From an archaeon (GTDB lineage Archaea > Nanobdellota > Nanobdellia > Woesearchaeales > GW2011-AR9), in the NCBI GenBank assembly GCA_023265925.1, contig JAHFSD010000002.1:2569-66568 (forward strand): a stretch of 64,000 nt of DNA. The letters run 5' to 3'. The notes beneath the pieces were generated by a model, which worked only from the letters and a program-made list of their open reading frames with translations, ran no database searches and was not told the origin of the DNA. The first letter of the stretch is position 1. Every line of letters begins with the position of its first letter. Shown piece after piece: positions 1 to 9,182 of the stretch. The position numbers and the translations under genes are program-made.

Positions 1-22
1 TGAACAGGTTATTCATCAGATC

Positions 23-700
23 GTGCTGCAGAACCAGGAACTACCCATGTTTATTTTAAGGCAAATTGAAATCGCCAGGATGTCTTTTATTGTTATCGGC
101 GCTATACTGCTGTTATTTAACAAAAAAATAAATTTTTATAGGGAAAAAATAAAGGGATTAATCCAGGATCGTCCTGAACGTCTGTCATTGATATTACAAA
201 AGGCAGATTTGAACGGCACTAAATACCTTGTAGTTACCAGCGCTATTTTATTGTTATTAACGGTGCACTATCCCTTTGGAATCGCCCAGCAATTTCAGTC
301 AGTGTTCCAAGGAAAGGCATTTTTGTCCGGGCTGGAACCGGTAAGTCTCGCTGATGCGTATCCAGAACTACAAAAGCATTTAAATGCCAACACTGCGGTT
401 CTGACCAGAGAGTACACTTGGGTTATGGCTTTTACCGAGGTTAAGCTTGATAATGTCTATCAGATCTGGAGTTTGCCCCCGTTCCCTGATCTTTCCGGAG
501 AAACTGAAAAAAAGCTGCGTGGTTTGGATGCCATTTTCGTAAGCTTCTGGCTGGAGAGCGCTCGGCCCAACCCCGGAACACAAACGTATCCCCGTTACAT
601 CTTCCATCTAAAACCATTCTTGGAAAAAGCACGTCGGGAAGGCTGGAAGGAAGAAAAAATCAGGGGTTATGGAACTATTTACCTTAAGGAAGAAACATGA
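23..700 (+). CDS. hypothetical protein with predicted TM helices; no recognisable family
   Basis: 225-aa ORF with hydrophobic stretches (MSFIVIGAILLLF, LVVTSAILLLLTV). It sits directly upstream of the radical SAM gene on the same strand. Confidence 0.3.
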   Translation: MLQNQELPMFILRQIEIARMSFIVIGAILLLFNKKINFYREKIKGLIQDRPERLSLILQKADLNGTKYLVVTSAILLLLTVHYPFGIAQQFQSVFQGKAFLSGLEPVSLADAYPELQKHLNANTAVLTREYTWVMAFTEVKLDNVYQIWSLPPFPDLSGETEKKLRGLDAIFVSFWLESARPNPGTQTYPRYIFHLKPFLEKARREGWKEEKIRGYGTIYLKEET

Positions 701-767
701 TTTTGAGAAGAAACATTTAAATATAATTCACCATTTTAATGGAAATAATGAGGAGGATATCGTGTTT

Positions 768-2846
768 ATGAACAAGAAAATTTTCCTGGCTGATCTGACT
801 CATACTGGTAGGGGGATACATGCCTCAACGTTCCCTTTAGGGTTGTCCTATGTGGCCAGTTATGCTAAGAAAGAACTGGGAGATCAGTACGATATTAAAG
901 TTTTCAAATTTCCAGATCATTTGGTTAAAGCAATCATTGATGAATCTCCTGATTTTCTCTGTTTTACTAATTATTGCTGGAATTTGGAATTGAGTTATAA
1001 AATGAGTTCACTGGCCAAGCAGAGAAACCCCAACTTGATTGTCGTTTCCGGGGGACCTAATTTTCCAGTGTTACCTTTAGAAAGACTCCAATTCATGAAA
1101 CAGCGGTCGGGAATCGATTTCTATATCCAGAATGAAGGCGAAATTGGCTTTGTGGAGCTGGTCAGAAAGCTGGGGGAATATAATTTTGATATAGTTGCTT
1201 TAAAACGCAAACGGGAACCAATCATTAATAGCATCTATTTATGTGGTGAAGAACTGGTGGAGGGGCCATTTCAAAGAATCCTTGATCTGAACCTTATCCC
1301 TTCTCCGTATTTAAGCGGAATCATGGACCCTTTTTTTGATATGCCTTTGACACCAATGATTGAAACGACCAGGGGATGCCCATTTACCTGTGCTTTTTGC
1401 GCTGATGGAATAATCTTTAAAAGCAGAGTGATCAGATTTAATCGTGAACGAGCGCTGGACGAGTTGAACTATATTGTAGCGAGAGTGAGAAATATGGATG
1501 AATTGATTATCACTGACCTTAATTTTGGCATGTACAAGGAGGATGTACCCATTGCAGAATATATTGCTGAGATTAAAAGAACGCATAACTGGCCGATTGT
1601 CATCGGTGCATCAACCGGTAAAAATAATAAAGAGCAGGTACTCAAAGTGATCACTATTTTAGGTGGTTCATTAGTGACCGGAGCAGCTATCCAGTCCGCT
1701 GATCCGGAAGTGCTGAAAAACATCAAACGGAACAATATTTCACTCGAAGTTTACCGTGGATTCCTCGAGTTCAGTAACTCTTTCACTAAAGATGCGGTGG
1801 CTTTCACGGAAATTATTCTGGCCTTGCCCGGGGATACCAAAGAGAAACATTTTTATTCCCTGCGCTACGGTATCGACAATGGGGCAAAAATAGTGCGGAT
1901 GTATCAGGCAATGTTATTGTCGGGAACGGAGATGGCTTCCGAGGGCATGCGCCGTGAATTCCAGTACCTGACTAAATTCCGGGTCATTCCTGGGGGAGTG
2001 GGGATTTACCAGTTTGGAGACCAGTGGTACCCCATCGCGGAAGTCGAAGAGATTATTGTCGGCAGCAAAGACCTGCCTTTTGAGGATTATGTATCCTGCC
2101 GGGTGATGAATCTCATTATTGAAACTTATTTCAACAATGCTTTGTTCAGTGAAGTTTTCTCGGCACTTAAAACTCTCCAGGTTTCTGCGTTTGATTGTTT
2201 ACTGTATATCTTTGAGCACCCCGAGTTGTACACACCAACGATGAAGAAAATCTTTAATCGCTTTATCGATGCTACCAGCAAAGACTTGTATAATTCGTAC
2301 GAGGAGGCGATGGCGCATCTCTCCCGGCCGGAAGTGATTGAAAAATATGTCTCGGGAGAACTGGGAATTAATGAATTGCTGGTTCACCGGGCGGAACTGT
2401 ATCAGGAACTGGAAGAAATCTCCACGGTACTGCTGCAGGCGGTGACTGGGTTATTGCAACAACGGGGCTTCTGGAATGACCGAGCTCAATCTTATTTTGA
2501 TCAACTGATTCAATTCATCCTCTGCCGAAAAAAGGCAATTTATCAATACGAGCAGGTCAGCGAGCAGAAATTTAATTATGACTTTAAAGCTCTCGAAGAA
2601 CTGAACTTTGAAATTGATCCCCGCCATCAGGAACTAAGCCCCTGGCCGTTTCGCTTTAAATTTTTCCATGATGAGGGCCAAAAAAGCCATATTCAAAATG
2701 CTCTTCGCCTTTACATTAACACTCCCAGTGGCATTGGGCGATTGCTGCAACGGAGTAACCTTAAAAAGATGTACCGTAATTTTGACTATTGTGCCATAAT
2801 TCAGGAAGCGCCTAAAATGTTACAATCATTAGCTCTGGAAATATAG
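768..2846 (+). CDS. B12-binding (class B) radical SAM enzyme, probable methyltransferase, with a long C-terminal extension
   Basis: N-terminal cobalamin-binding-like region (KKIFLADLTHTG...) followed by a CxxxCxxC radical SAM motif (TTRGCPFTCAFCADG). Start moved to ATG 768, which has GGAGG 11 nt upstream; the track start 669 would overlap the upstream ORF. Confidence 0.8.
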   Translation: MNKKIFLADLTHTGRGIHASTFPLGLSYVASYAKKELGDQYDIKVFKFPDHLVKAIIDESPDFLCFTNYCWNLELSYKMSSLAKQRNPNLIVVSGGPNFPVLPLERLQFMKQRSGIDFYIQNEGEIGFVELVRKLGEYNFDIVALKRKREPIINSIYLCGEELVEGPFQRILDLNLIPSPYLSGIMDPFFDMPLTPMIETTRGCPFTCAFCADGIIFKSRVIRFNRERALDELNYIVARVRNMDELIITDLNFGMYKEDVPIAEYIAEIKRTHNWPIVIGASTGKNNKEQVLKVITILGGSLVTGAAIQSADPEVLKNIKRNNISLEVYRGFLEFSNSFTKDAVAFTEIILALPGDTKEKHFYSLRYGIDNGAKIVRMYQAMLLSGTEMASEGMRREFQYLTKFRVIPGGVGIYQFGDQWYPIAEVEEIIVGSKDLPFEDYVSCRVMNLIIETYFNNALFSEVFSALKTLQVSAFDCLLYIFEHPELYTPTMKKIFNRFIDATSKDLYNSYEEAMAHLSRPEVIEKYVSGELGINELLVHRAELYQELEEISTVLLQAVTGLLQQRGFWNDRAQSYFDQLIQFILCRKKAIYQYEQVSEQKFNYDFKALEELNFEIDPRHQELSPWPFRFKFFHDEGQKSHIQNALRLYINTPSGIGRLLQRSNLKKMYRNFDYCAIIQEAPKMLQSLALEI

Positions 2847-2940
2847 AGAACTGTGCAACTTTGATTACATTTGTGCGCAGTTTTAATCTGGTAAACAGCG
2901 TGTCGAAGTGTGCTATAAGCTACGTAGTTTACCATAACGT
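2847..2940 (+). repeat. structured repeat element, copy 1 (two imperfect hairpins); candidate small RNA or MITE-like repeat
   Basis: Stem 2847-2856/2875-2884 (agaactgtgc / gcgcagtttt; two G-U wobbles) and stem 2890-2901/2922-2933. The element reappears at 45332-45520. Confidence 0.5.
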
Positions 2941-2961
2941 AAACTTGTCAGGAGAAATCTG

Positions 2962-3213
2962 ATGGTCAGGAAAGCATTTGTTGATAAAGATATCTGTATT
3001 GGCTGTACTGTCTGTAGTTCTCTCTGCCCGGATGTTTTTACCGTGAAGGAGGATCCCCATTACCAGTATGGGTTTAAGAGCTTCACCAACGATTCTGTCG
3101 ACCAACAGCCCATCGAGAAGCAGGTTCAGGAGGCTATCGACACCTGTCCGGTGCAGTGTATCAGTTGGCGGGAAAAGAAAGAGGTTCAAGAGTCTGCCCT
3201 GGTCGAGCCTTAG
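2962..3213 (+). CDS. 4Fe-4S ferredoxin (single-cluster type)
   Basis: CIGCTVCSSLCP ... CPVQC cysteine pattern in an 83-aa ORF immediately downstream of the radical SAM gene. Confidence 0.75.
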   Translation: MVRKAFVDKDICIGCTVCSSLCPDVFTVKEDPHYQYGFKSFTNDSVDQQPIEKQVQEAIDTCPVQCISWREKKEVQESALVEP

Positions 3214-4163
3214 CTGGTAGAACTGCTTCGTGGAGAGGTGGCATCCAACCCTTCTTTCACGACCTGAATAATCTTTGCGGTGGTTATTCCATATCGTTCC
3301 ATCATGCTAGCCTGGCTTCCATACCCTTCCATAAACTGGTTGGGCAAGCCGATACGCTGGAACCATTTCGGCCGTTGGTAGTGCTGCTCGGCTAAAAACT
3401 CGGCGATGGCACTCCCTAATCCGCCGATGATTGAATGTTCTTCAATGGTTACGATTACCGGAATGCGGGAAAGATGCTGCTGCAATGCTGGTATGTCTAA
3501 CGGCTTGATCGTGTGCAGATGCAGCACCGTTGCCCGAATCCCCTCCCGCTCCAGCTCAACCGCTGCCTCCAGCGCATTTTTGAGGGTGATTCCCGTGGTG
3601 ACGATCAGCGCATCCTTTCCCTCGCGCAGGCAAATTGCTTTCCCGATCGCAAATGGAAGGTCTGGACGGGAGACGATGGGATCCCCCCCCTTGGCTACCC
3701 GGATATAAATTGGTCCGGGATGATCCACAGTCAAGGGCATAAACCTTCTCATTTCTTCCGCATCGGCTGGACAAACAATAGTCAGATTAGGTATCACTCG
3801 CAAAATAGCGATATCATCGATAGCTTGGTGGGTTGGCCCTAAATTGGCATAGACGACCCCGCCGCCATTGGCAATCAGCCTGACCTTGGCTTTATGCAAA
3901 CCCAAATCGATCACGATCTGCTCAAAACAGCGCCGGGTTAGAAACGTGGCAATGGTATTAACGTAAGGAATTTTTCCCTCTAATGCTAACCCTGCTGCCA
4001 TCCCAATAATATTTGCCTCGTAAATTCCTTCCATAAAAAAGCGTTCGGGCATCTCCTCTTTAAACTGCTTTAGAACACCAAATCCTAAATCCGAGCCAAT
4101 GAAAAAAACTTTATCATTCTTCTTCGCCAGTTCATACACCATATCTAACACTACTTTTCTCAT
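3210..4163 (-). CDS. transketolase, C-terminal (pyrimidine-binding) subunit
   Basis: MRKVVLDMVYELAKKNDKVFFIGSDLG...FFMEGIYEANIIGMAAGLALEGKIPYV is typical of split transketolase TktB. Overlaps the upstream gene by 4 bp. Confidence 0.8.
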   Translation of the reverse strand: MRKVVLDMVYELAKKNDKVFFIGSDLGFGVLKQFKEEMPERFFMEGIYEANIIGMAAGLALEGKIPYVNTIATFLTRRCFEQIVIDLGLHKAKVRLIANGGGVVYANLGPTHQAIDDIAILRVIPNLTIVCPADAEEMRRFMPLTVDHPGPIYIRVAKGGDPIVSRPDLPFAIGKAICLREGKDALIVTTGITLKNALEAAVELEREGIRATVLHLHTIKPLDIPALQQHLSRIPVIVTIEEHSIIGGLGSAIAEFLAEQHYQRPKWFQRIGLPNQFMEGYGSQASMMERYGITTAKIIQVVKEGLDATSPRSSSTS

Positions 4164-6061
4164 GCTGACCTCAATCCGGCATATAATGCTTTAAATTCAT
4201 CAGCGGTAATGGCGCTCTTATGATGCCAGGCAAAATTTCTCTCGAGGAAAGGAAGACCCTTGCCCTTAACAGTATGACAAATGATTGCGCTCGGTTTGGC
4301 TTGTTCGACTGGCAAGTGGGAGAAGACATCGTCAAGCTGATCAATATCATGCCCATCAACTTCCCGAACACCAAACCCAAAACTTCTCCATTTATCAGCC
4401 AATGGTTCTAAATCCTGTACTTCAAACGTGGAATTACAGGACTGCTGTTTGTTATAATCAATGATGACGGTGAGATTGCTGAGTTTATGCTTCCCGGCAC
4501 ATAAAGCTGCTTCCCAGATAGAACCCTCATTAGACTCTCCATCACCGATCACCACAAACGTACGAGAACTGGTTTTCTCATATTTGGCATTAATGGCAAA
4601 GCCCACTCCTATCGGCAGACCATGACCCAAACTTCCCGTTGATACCTCCACGCCAGGAATAAGGTGTTCGGGATGTCCTCCGAGGATGCCATCACTCTTA
4701 CAAAACTTCCACAATTCAGCTTCAGGGAAGAAACCTTTCTCAGCGAGGATAACATACAAAGCGAGACAGCCATGTCCTTTACTCAGAATAAACCGATCCC
4801 GATAAGGCCAGCGGTGATTTTGATGATCATAGTGTAGAATCTTGTCGTATAGTACTCTCAACACTTCCATGATCGAGAAGGCTGAAGGGAGGTGCCCACG
4901 CTGGGTCGATTTTTGTACCATTTCCACCACTTTCTCTCGTAGTTGTATTGATCGCTCATCCAATTTCACTCTACTCACGGGCGTGGTATAGAAATAAGGA
5001 AAACTCTCATATTCCCGCAAAATTTTAGCCAGCAGGGCTTCGGCTTTAATTAACTGTTGCTGCTGGCGCTGTTCTCTTTCTATTCTTTCCTGATCGGCAA
5101 ACTCCCTTCGCTGCAAATATTCCGGCACAAACTCATTGAGTAAGATCGTGCACCACTTTAACCCAAACAAAGGATAGACCAATTCTACTCGTCCCAGCAA
5201 ATTCGGATGCCCGGTAAACACTTCCGGCATAGTGAGCACAAATTCCCGTTGTAAATCATGAGATAACGACATTCCTGGATGCAACAGGAAGTCAGCGACA
5301 GTCTTCGCTGGATCATCCCAGCCAAAATATTCAAAATCTATAAATACTATCTGGCCGTCATCTAAGCGCAGGGCATTATGAAAGCCAAAATCAGAAGGAC
5401 TTAGTATTCGTTCTTCCGGGCTAAGGTCGGCATAAAAAGAAAAACCGTGCCGGTTTAAAGTATACTTACACCACTTGACAATTTTTTCAAAGGCCGGCCT
5501 GAACTGCTGCTGTAAGAAATCATGCAGTTTATGTTCTATCACTGTTTGTTGCGGAACGGCCTTAAGGCGCTGTAACCGCTGTTCTATTGAGGCCACCATG
5601 GCCTGCAGCGAAAAACAGGCTTCCGATGCCGGAGAGAAAAGAGTGCTTCCTGGTCGTGCTTTAAGTTGATTTATGTTCGCCAGAAACTGACCAGCCACCG
5701 TAATATCATCACTGGTAACTTCTTCGGAAGAAATTTTTTTTCCGGGTATAAACTCATAAATTCCCCAGCCTTGCTCCAGGTTCATGGCGATGGGCTTAGG
5801 GACGCAGGTCAGGTTATGCTGCCAGAGAAATTGCAGAGTGTTAAACTCGACTCCGAGCCGGTTTCGGTGATCAAAATTATCACGAAAATAGTGCTTGGCG
5901 ACATAATTCGTTCCATCGGCACACGGAACTTTATACACCCGACTATTCCTTCCCCCCCCTATTTTGTGGAGAGAGAGAGCATTTTTTCCTACTAAGTCTG
6001 AGATGATCGGGAGAAGTATGTCGCCGGTTTTTTCACTATTAGTGGGGGAAGAAGTCGTCAT
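4160..6061 (-). CDS. fusion protein: APH/choline-kinase-like phosphotransferase domain + transketolase N-terminal (ThDP-binding) subunit
   Basis: N-terminal half has kinase motifs (DFGFHNALRLDDGQIVFIDFEYFGWDD). C-terminal half has SKGHGCLALY...GSLGHGLPIGVGFAINAKY...VVIGDGESNEGSIWEAA (transketolase N). Start set to MTTSSPTNSEK (ATG at 6059-6061) rather than 6163. Confidence 0.7.
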   Translation of the reverse strand: MTTSSPTNSEKTGDILLPIISDLVGKNALSLHKIGGGRNSRVYKVPCADGTNYVAKHYFRDNFDHRNRLGVEFNTLQFLWQHNLTCVPKPIAMNLEQGWGIYEFIPGKKISSEEVTSDDITVAGQFLANINQLKARPGSTLFSPASEACFSLQAMVASIEQRLQRLKAVPQQTVIEHKLHDFLQQQFRPAFEKIVKWCKYTLNRHGFSFYADLSPEERILSPSDFGFHNALRLDDGQIVFIDFEYFGWDDPAKTVADFLLHPGMSLSHDLQREFVLTMPEVFTGHPNLLGRVELVYPLFGLKWCTILLNEFVPEYLQRREFADQERIEREQRQQQQLIKAEALLAKILREYESFPYFYTTPVSRVKLDERSIQLREKVVEMVQKSTQRGHLPSAFSIMEVLRVLYDKILHYDHQNHRWPYRDRFILSKGHGCLALYVILAEKGFFPEAELWKFCKSDGILGGHPEHLIPGVEVSTGSLGHGLPIGVGFAINAKYEKTSSRTFVVIGDGESNEGSIWEAALCAGKHKLSNLTVIIDYNKQQSCNSTFEVQDLEPLADKWRSFGFGVREVDGHDIDQLDDVFSHLPVEQAKPSAIICHTVKGKGLPFLERNFAWHHKSAITADEFKALYAGLRSA

Positions 6062-6755
6062 GTAAAATCCTCCAATGGTGAAATAAAAAGATCTTCTCAA
6101 TGGATGCTTGCCGGGCCTGAGGATCATATAACCACTTCCGCACGCCTGCGGGAAAATCAGCATTTACAAAGACCTCGATCAAATCATCAATAAAATCAGT
6201 GCAACCTAATTGAATAAGGCGCTTTACTTTTTCCTCTTGCGTCGACTCAAAATAGACCTGCTCGGGAGCCAGGCCTAAAGTAGGGTCATCAAAAAAGTGC
6301 TGCTCCCGCATCCACGACCATGCCGCTTCCCGCAAATTGACTCCTCCTCCGGATAAGTTAGAGTACATCGTCTTGTGGCTGATAATATAGACTGGAACAT
6401 GGTGCTGCTTACAGGCCGTCAAAAAATCCCGCACTCCTTGGTGTAAAGTAGCCCCCGCAATGGCGTTACCATACGCTTCCACCTGGATTTCCTGCCATTG
6501 TAACTCTCCGCCCGGAAGTTTTCGAATCGTATCCCGGACAGTTCGTTTGTTTTTTGGCACTGCCGAAGAGATCAGGCCTTTTTGTAATGCCAGAGAATGT
6601 ATCACGGGTTCATAACTAATAATCGTATTATCAAAATCAATGCCAATGATCAGTGGTCTTACCGGCTGGGGAGCGGGGGATATTAAGGGATCCATCATTG
6701 TAGGAAAATAGATAATATTTATACTTAAAGATGGTCGAGTTTGCTTTATAAACAT
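6039..6755 (-). CDS. HAD-superfamily phosphatase-like protein
   Basis: DxD motif I (IGIDFDNTI) and a C-terminal DD motif (CTDFIDDL). Confidence 0.5.
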   Translation of the reverse strand: MFIKQTRPSLSINIIYFPTMMDPLISPAPQPVRPLIIGIDFDNTIISYEPVIHSLALQKGLISSAVPKNKRTVRDTIRKLPGGELQWQEIQVEAYGNAIAGATLHQGVRDFLTACKQHHVPVYIISHKTMYSNLSGGGVNLREAAWSWMREQHFFDDPTLGLAPEQVYFESTQEEKVKRLIQLGCTDFIDDLIEVFVNADFPAGVRKWLYDPQARQASIEKIFLFHHWRILHDDFFPH

Positions 6756-6793
6756 TATTGAACTCTGGCTCCTCCAACTGTCTCTTAAAATTA

Positions 6794-7909
6794 TTAGGCC
6801 CAGGCCTCAAAGAACTTCTTAACCTGTTTTATAACCAAGTCTACTTCTTCATCAGTCAACTCCGGATAGATCGGAAGACTTAAGATTCTCTTGCCTTGTC
6901 TTTCACATACGGGAAAATCTCCTTCTTTGTATCCCCAGCTTTGAGCAGCTGGTTGCAGGTGTATTGGAATGGGATAATGTATTTTGGTTTCAATACCCTG
7001 CTCGAGGAGGTAGTTCTGTAATTCGTCTCTGGCAGCACACTCGATTATGAACGTATGATATACCGGCAGCTCATACGGTTGATCCCGGGGGACTTTTACT
7101 AGGCCAGCAAGACTTTCCGTATATTTCAAGGCGATGTTTCTTATTCTCTCATTCCACTGGTCTAAATATTTTAGTTTTATGTTCACTACAGCCGCTTGGA
7201 TACAATCTAATCTGGAGTTGTATCCCCACAATTCACTTTCGTTTCGATTTCGTAATCCGTGGTTCCGCAGTTTGATGATTTTTTCGTATACTTCTCTATT
7301 GTTGGTGGTAATCGCCCCCCCATCTCCGGCTGCGTTGAGATTTTTAAGGGGATGAAAGCTGAAGCAACCGGCGATTCCGAAGGACCCCACCATTTTCCCA
7401 TAATATTTTGCTCCCACTGCTTGTGCTACATCTTCTATCACAGGTATTTTATGTTTATCGGCAATCTCTAAAATCCTGTTCATCTCCGCTGGCCTTCCCG
7501 TCAAATGGATTGGAATGATGGCTTTAGTTCTAGATGTAATCGCTGCTTCGATCAGGTCCGGGTCGATATTGAAATCTTCTTTCACATCTATGAATACTGG
7601 AGTGGCCCCCACCGCGACGATGGCTCCGACTGTTGCCAGGAAAGAATTGGGAGCGGTGATCACTTCATCACCGGAGCCGATATTCAGGCTCTTAAGGCAG
7701 AGAATGATGGCATCGGTTCCATTGGCTACACCCAGAGCATAGCCAGTGCCGCAGTACGTCGTGAAGTTTTTTTCAAATTCTTGAAGCGTTTTTCCTAAGA
7801 TGAATTCTCCCGATTCAAAAAGAGGGATAATGCTCTTCAGGATTTTTTCACGAAGCGGTTTGAACTGCCGGTGAAAATTAGTGTATTTAATTGTGTTCAC
7901 GGTTATCAC
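6794..7909 (-). CDS. DegT/DnrJ/EryC1/StrS-family PLP-dependent sugar aminotransferase
   Basis: SFHPLKNL (PLP lysine), DGGAITTN, and family-typical N-terminus. Confidence 0.85.
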   Translation of the reverse strand: MITVNTIKYTNFHRQFKPLREKILKSIIPLFESGEFILGKTLQEFEKNFTTYCGTGYALGVANGTDAIILCLKSLNIGSGDEVITAPNSFLATVGAIVAVGATPVFIDVKEDFNIDPDLIEAAITSRTKAIIPIHLTGRPAEMNRILEIADKHKIPVIEDVAQAVGAKYYGKMVGSFGIAGCFSFHPLKNLNAAGDGGAITTNNREVYEKIIKLRNHGLRNRNESELWGYNSRLDCIQAAVVNIKLKYLDQWNERIRNIALKYTESLAGLVKVPRDQPYELPVYHTFIIECAARDELQNYLLEQGIETKIHYPIPIHLQPAAQSWGYKEGDFPVCERQGKRILSLPIYPELTDEEVDLVIKQVKKFFEAWA

Positions 7910-7933
7910 CGAAGGGTTTTCTGGGAAATCATT

Positions 7934-9043
7934 TCAGGGCAAAATGTAATGGTAAAATGTGGTAATAGTTTCAATAACATATTCTATTTGTTCCGGCGTA
8001 AGGTGCTGGTGCACTGGAAGCGAAATTATTTTTCTGGCTTGCTCTTCGGCAACCATAAAATCACCCGTCTGATAGCCCAAGTACTGGCTGGCCTGTTGAA
8101 GATGTTGTGGTAGGGGGTAATGTATTTTACAGTCAATCTCCCGCTCTCGAAGATAACGGTATAATTCGTCCCGGCGTTCGGCCATAATCACATAATTGTG
8201 ATACACGTGTTTTACGCCTGGCGTTCGTGGAGGGATGGTTATTTCTGATATCTTTGCGAGCGCTTGATCATAGCGGTTGGCGTGGTGGATTTTGCGGTTA
8301 ATAATCCAATCTACCTCTTTCATCAGGTGCAGCCCGACAATCGCCTGGAGGGGATCCAGTCTGCTGTTATAAGCATAAAACAGGCATTCATCCCGATTTT
8401 TCAGCCCGTGATTTCGCAATAGGAGAAGTTTGTCTCGCAGCTGTTCCGAATTGGTTGTAATCACTCCTCCATCCCCCCAGACATTTATTGGTTTTAGAGG
8501 ATGAAGACTGAAACAACCGGCATCGCCGAATGATCCGGTTCTTTTTCCATTGATTTCGGCACCAATCGCCATACAGGCGTCTTCTATTACTGTGAGGTTA
8601 TGTTTTCTCGCCAATTGGCTTATTTTTTCCATCTCTGCGGGACAGCCATGCCAATGCACTGGTAAGATCGCTTTCGTTTTGGGAGTTATGGTTTTCTCTA
8701 TTAAGTCTGGGTCGAGAGTATAATCTTCTTTGACATCGACATACACGGGGCGCGCTCCCACGGTTACAATGGCACCGATCGTAGCAAAGAAAGTGCTGGG
8801 AGTGGTAATCACTTCATCACCAACCCCAATACCAAAAGCGATGAGTGATAATCGTAAGGCATCAGTTCCCGAAGCAACGCCGATAGCAAATTTGGTGTGG
8901 CAGAGTGTGGCAAAGTTCTGTTCAAATTCTTCAAGATGTTTGCCTAAAGTAAATTCTCCGGAACGGATCAGGCTTTTGATATCGTTCAAAATAGGATCAG
9001 GGTCAGTAAATTGTTCTGACAGGTAAGAGTAACTTACTTTCAT
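7934..9043 (-). CDS. DegT/DnrJ/EryC1/StrS-family PLP-dependent sugar aminotransferase (paralog)
   Basis: SLHPLKPINVWGDGGVITTN; overall collinear with 6794-7909. Confidence 0.85.
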   Translation of the reverse strand: MKVSYSYLSEQFTDPDPILNDIKSLIRSGEFTLGKHLEEFEQNFATLCHTKFAIGVASGTDALRLSLIAFGIGVGDEVITTPSTFFATIGAIVTVGARPVYVDVKEDYTLDPDLIEKTITPKTKAILPVHWHGCPAEMEKISQLARKHNLTVIEDACMAIGAEINGKRTGSFGDAGCFSLHPLKPINVWGDGGVITTNSEQLRDKLLLLRNHGLKNRDECLFYAYNSRLDPLQAIVGLHLMKEVDWIINRKIHHANRYDQALAKISEITIPPRTPGVKHVYHNYVIMAERRDELYRYLREREIDCKIHYPLPQHLQQASQYLGYQTGDFMVAEEQARKIISLPVHQHLTPEQIEYVIETITTFYHYILP

Positions 9044-9182
9044 GATGATTTCTCTTGTTGCTTTTTTATTACTCCTGATTATTGCGTTCTATGAAGGAAC
9101 CATATTAAAGAAGCATATTTTCTTACTTTAATAAAGTTTAAATAGGCTGGTGGAACCGAATGGAGCAAGGTTTAAATACTTA

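Noticed and set aside
669-767. Longer N-terminal extension of the radical SAM ORF (track start 669)
   Set aside because: Would overlap the upstream ORF by 32 bp. ATG 768 has a GGAGG site 11 nt upstream and begins directly with the B12-binding domain.
3406-3842. Several plus-strand ORFs (3406-3708, 3513-3842) rich in Ser/Arg/Cys
   Set aside because: Antisense to the transketolase C-terminal subunit gene; compositionally odd; no support.
6062-6163. Longer N-terminus of the kinase::transketolase ORF (track start 6163)
   Set aside because: Would overlap the upstream HAD gene by about 125 bp; Met at 6059-6061 gives a compact junction.
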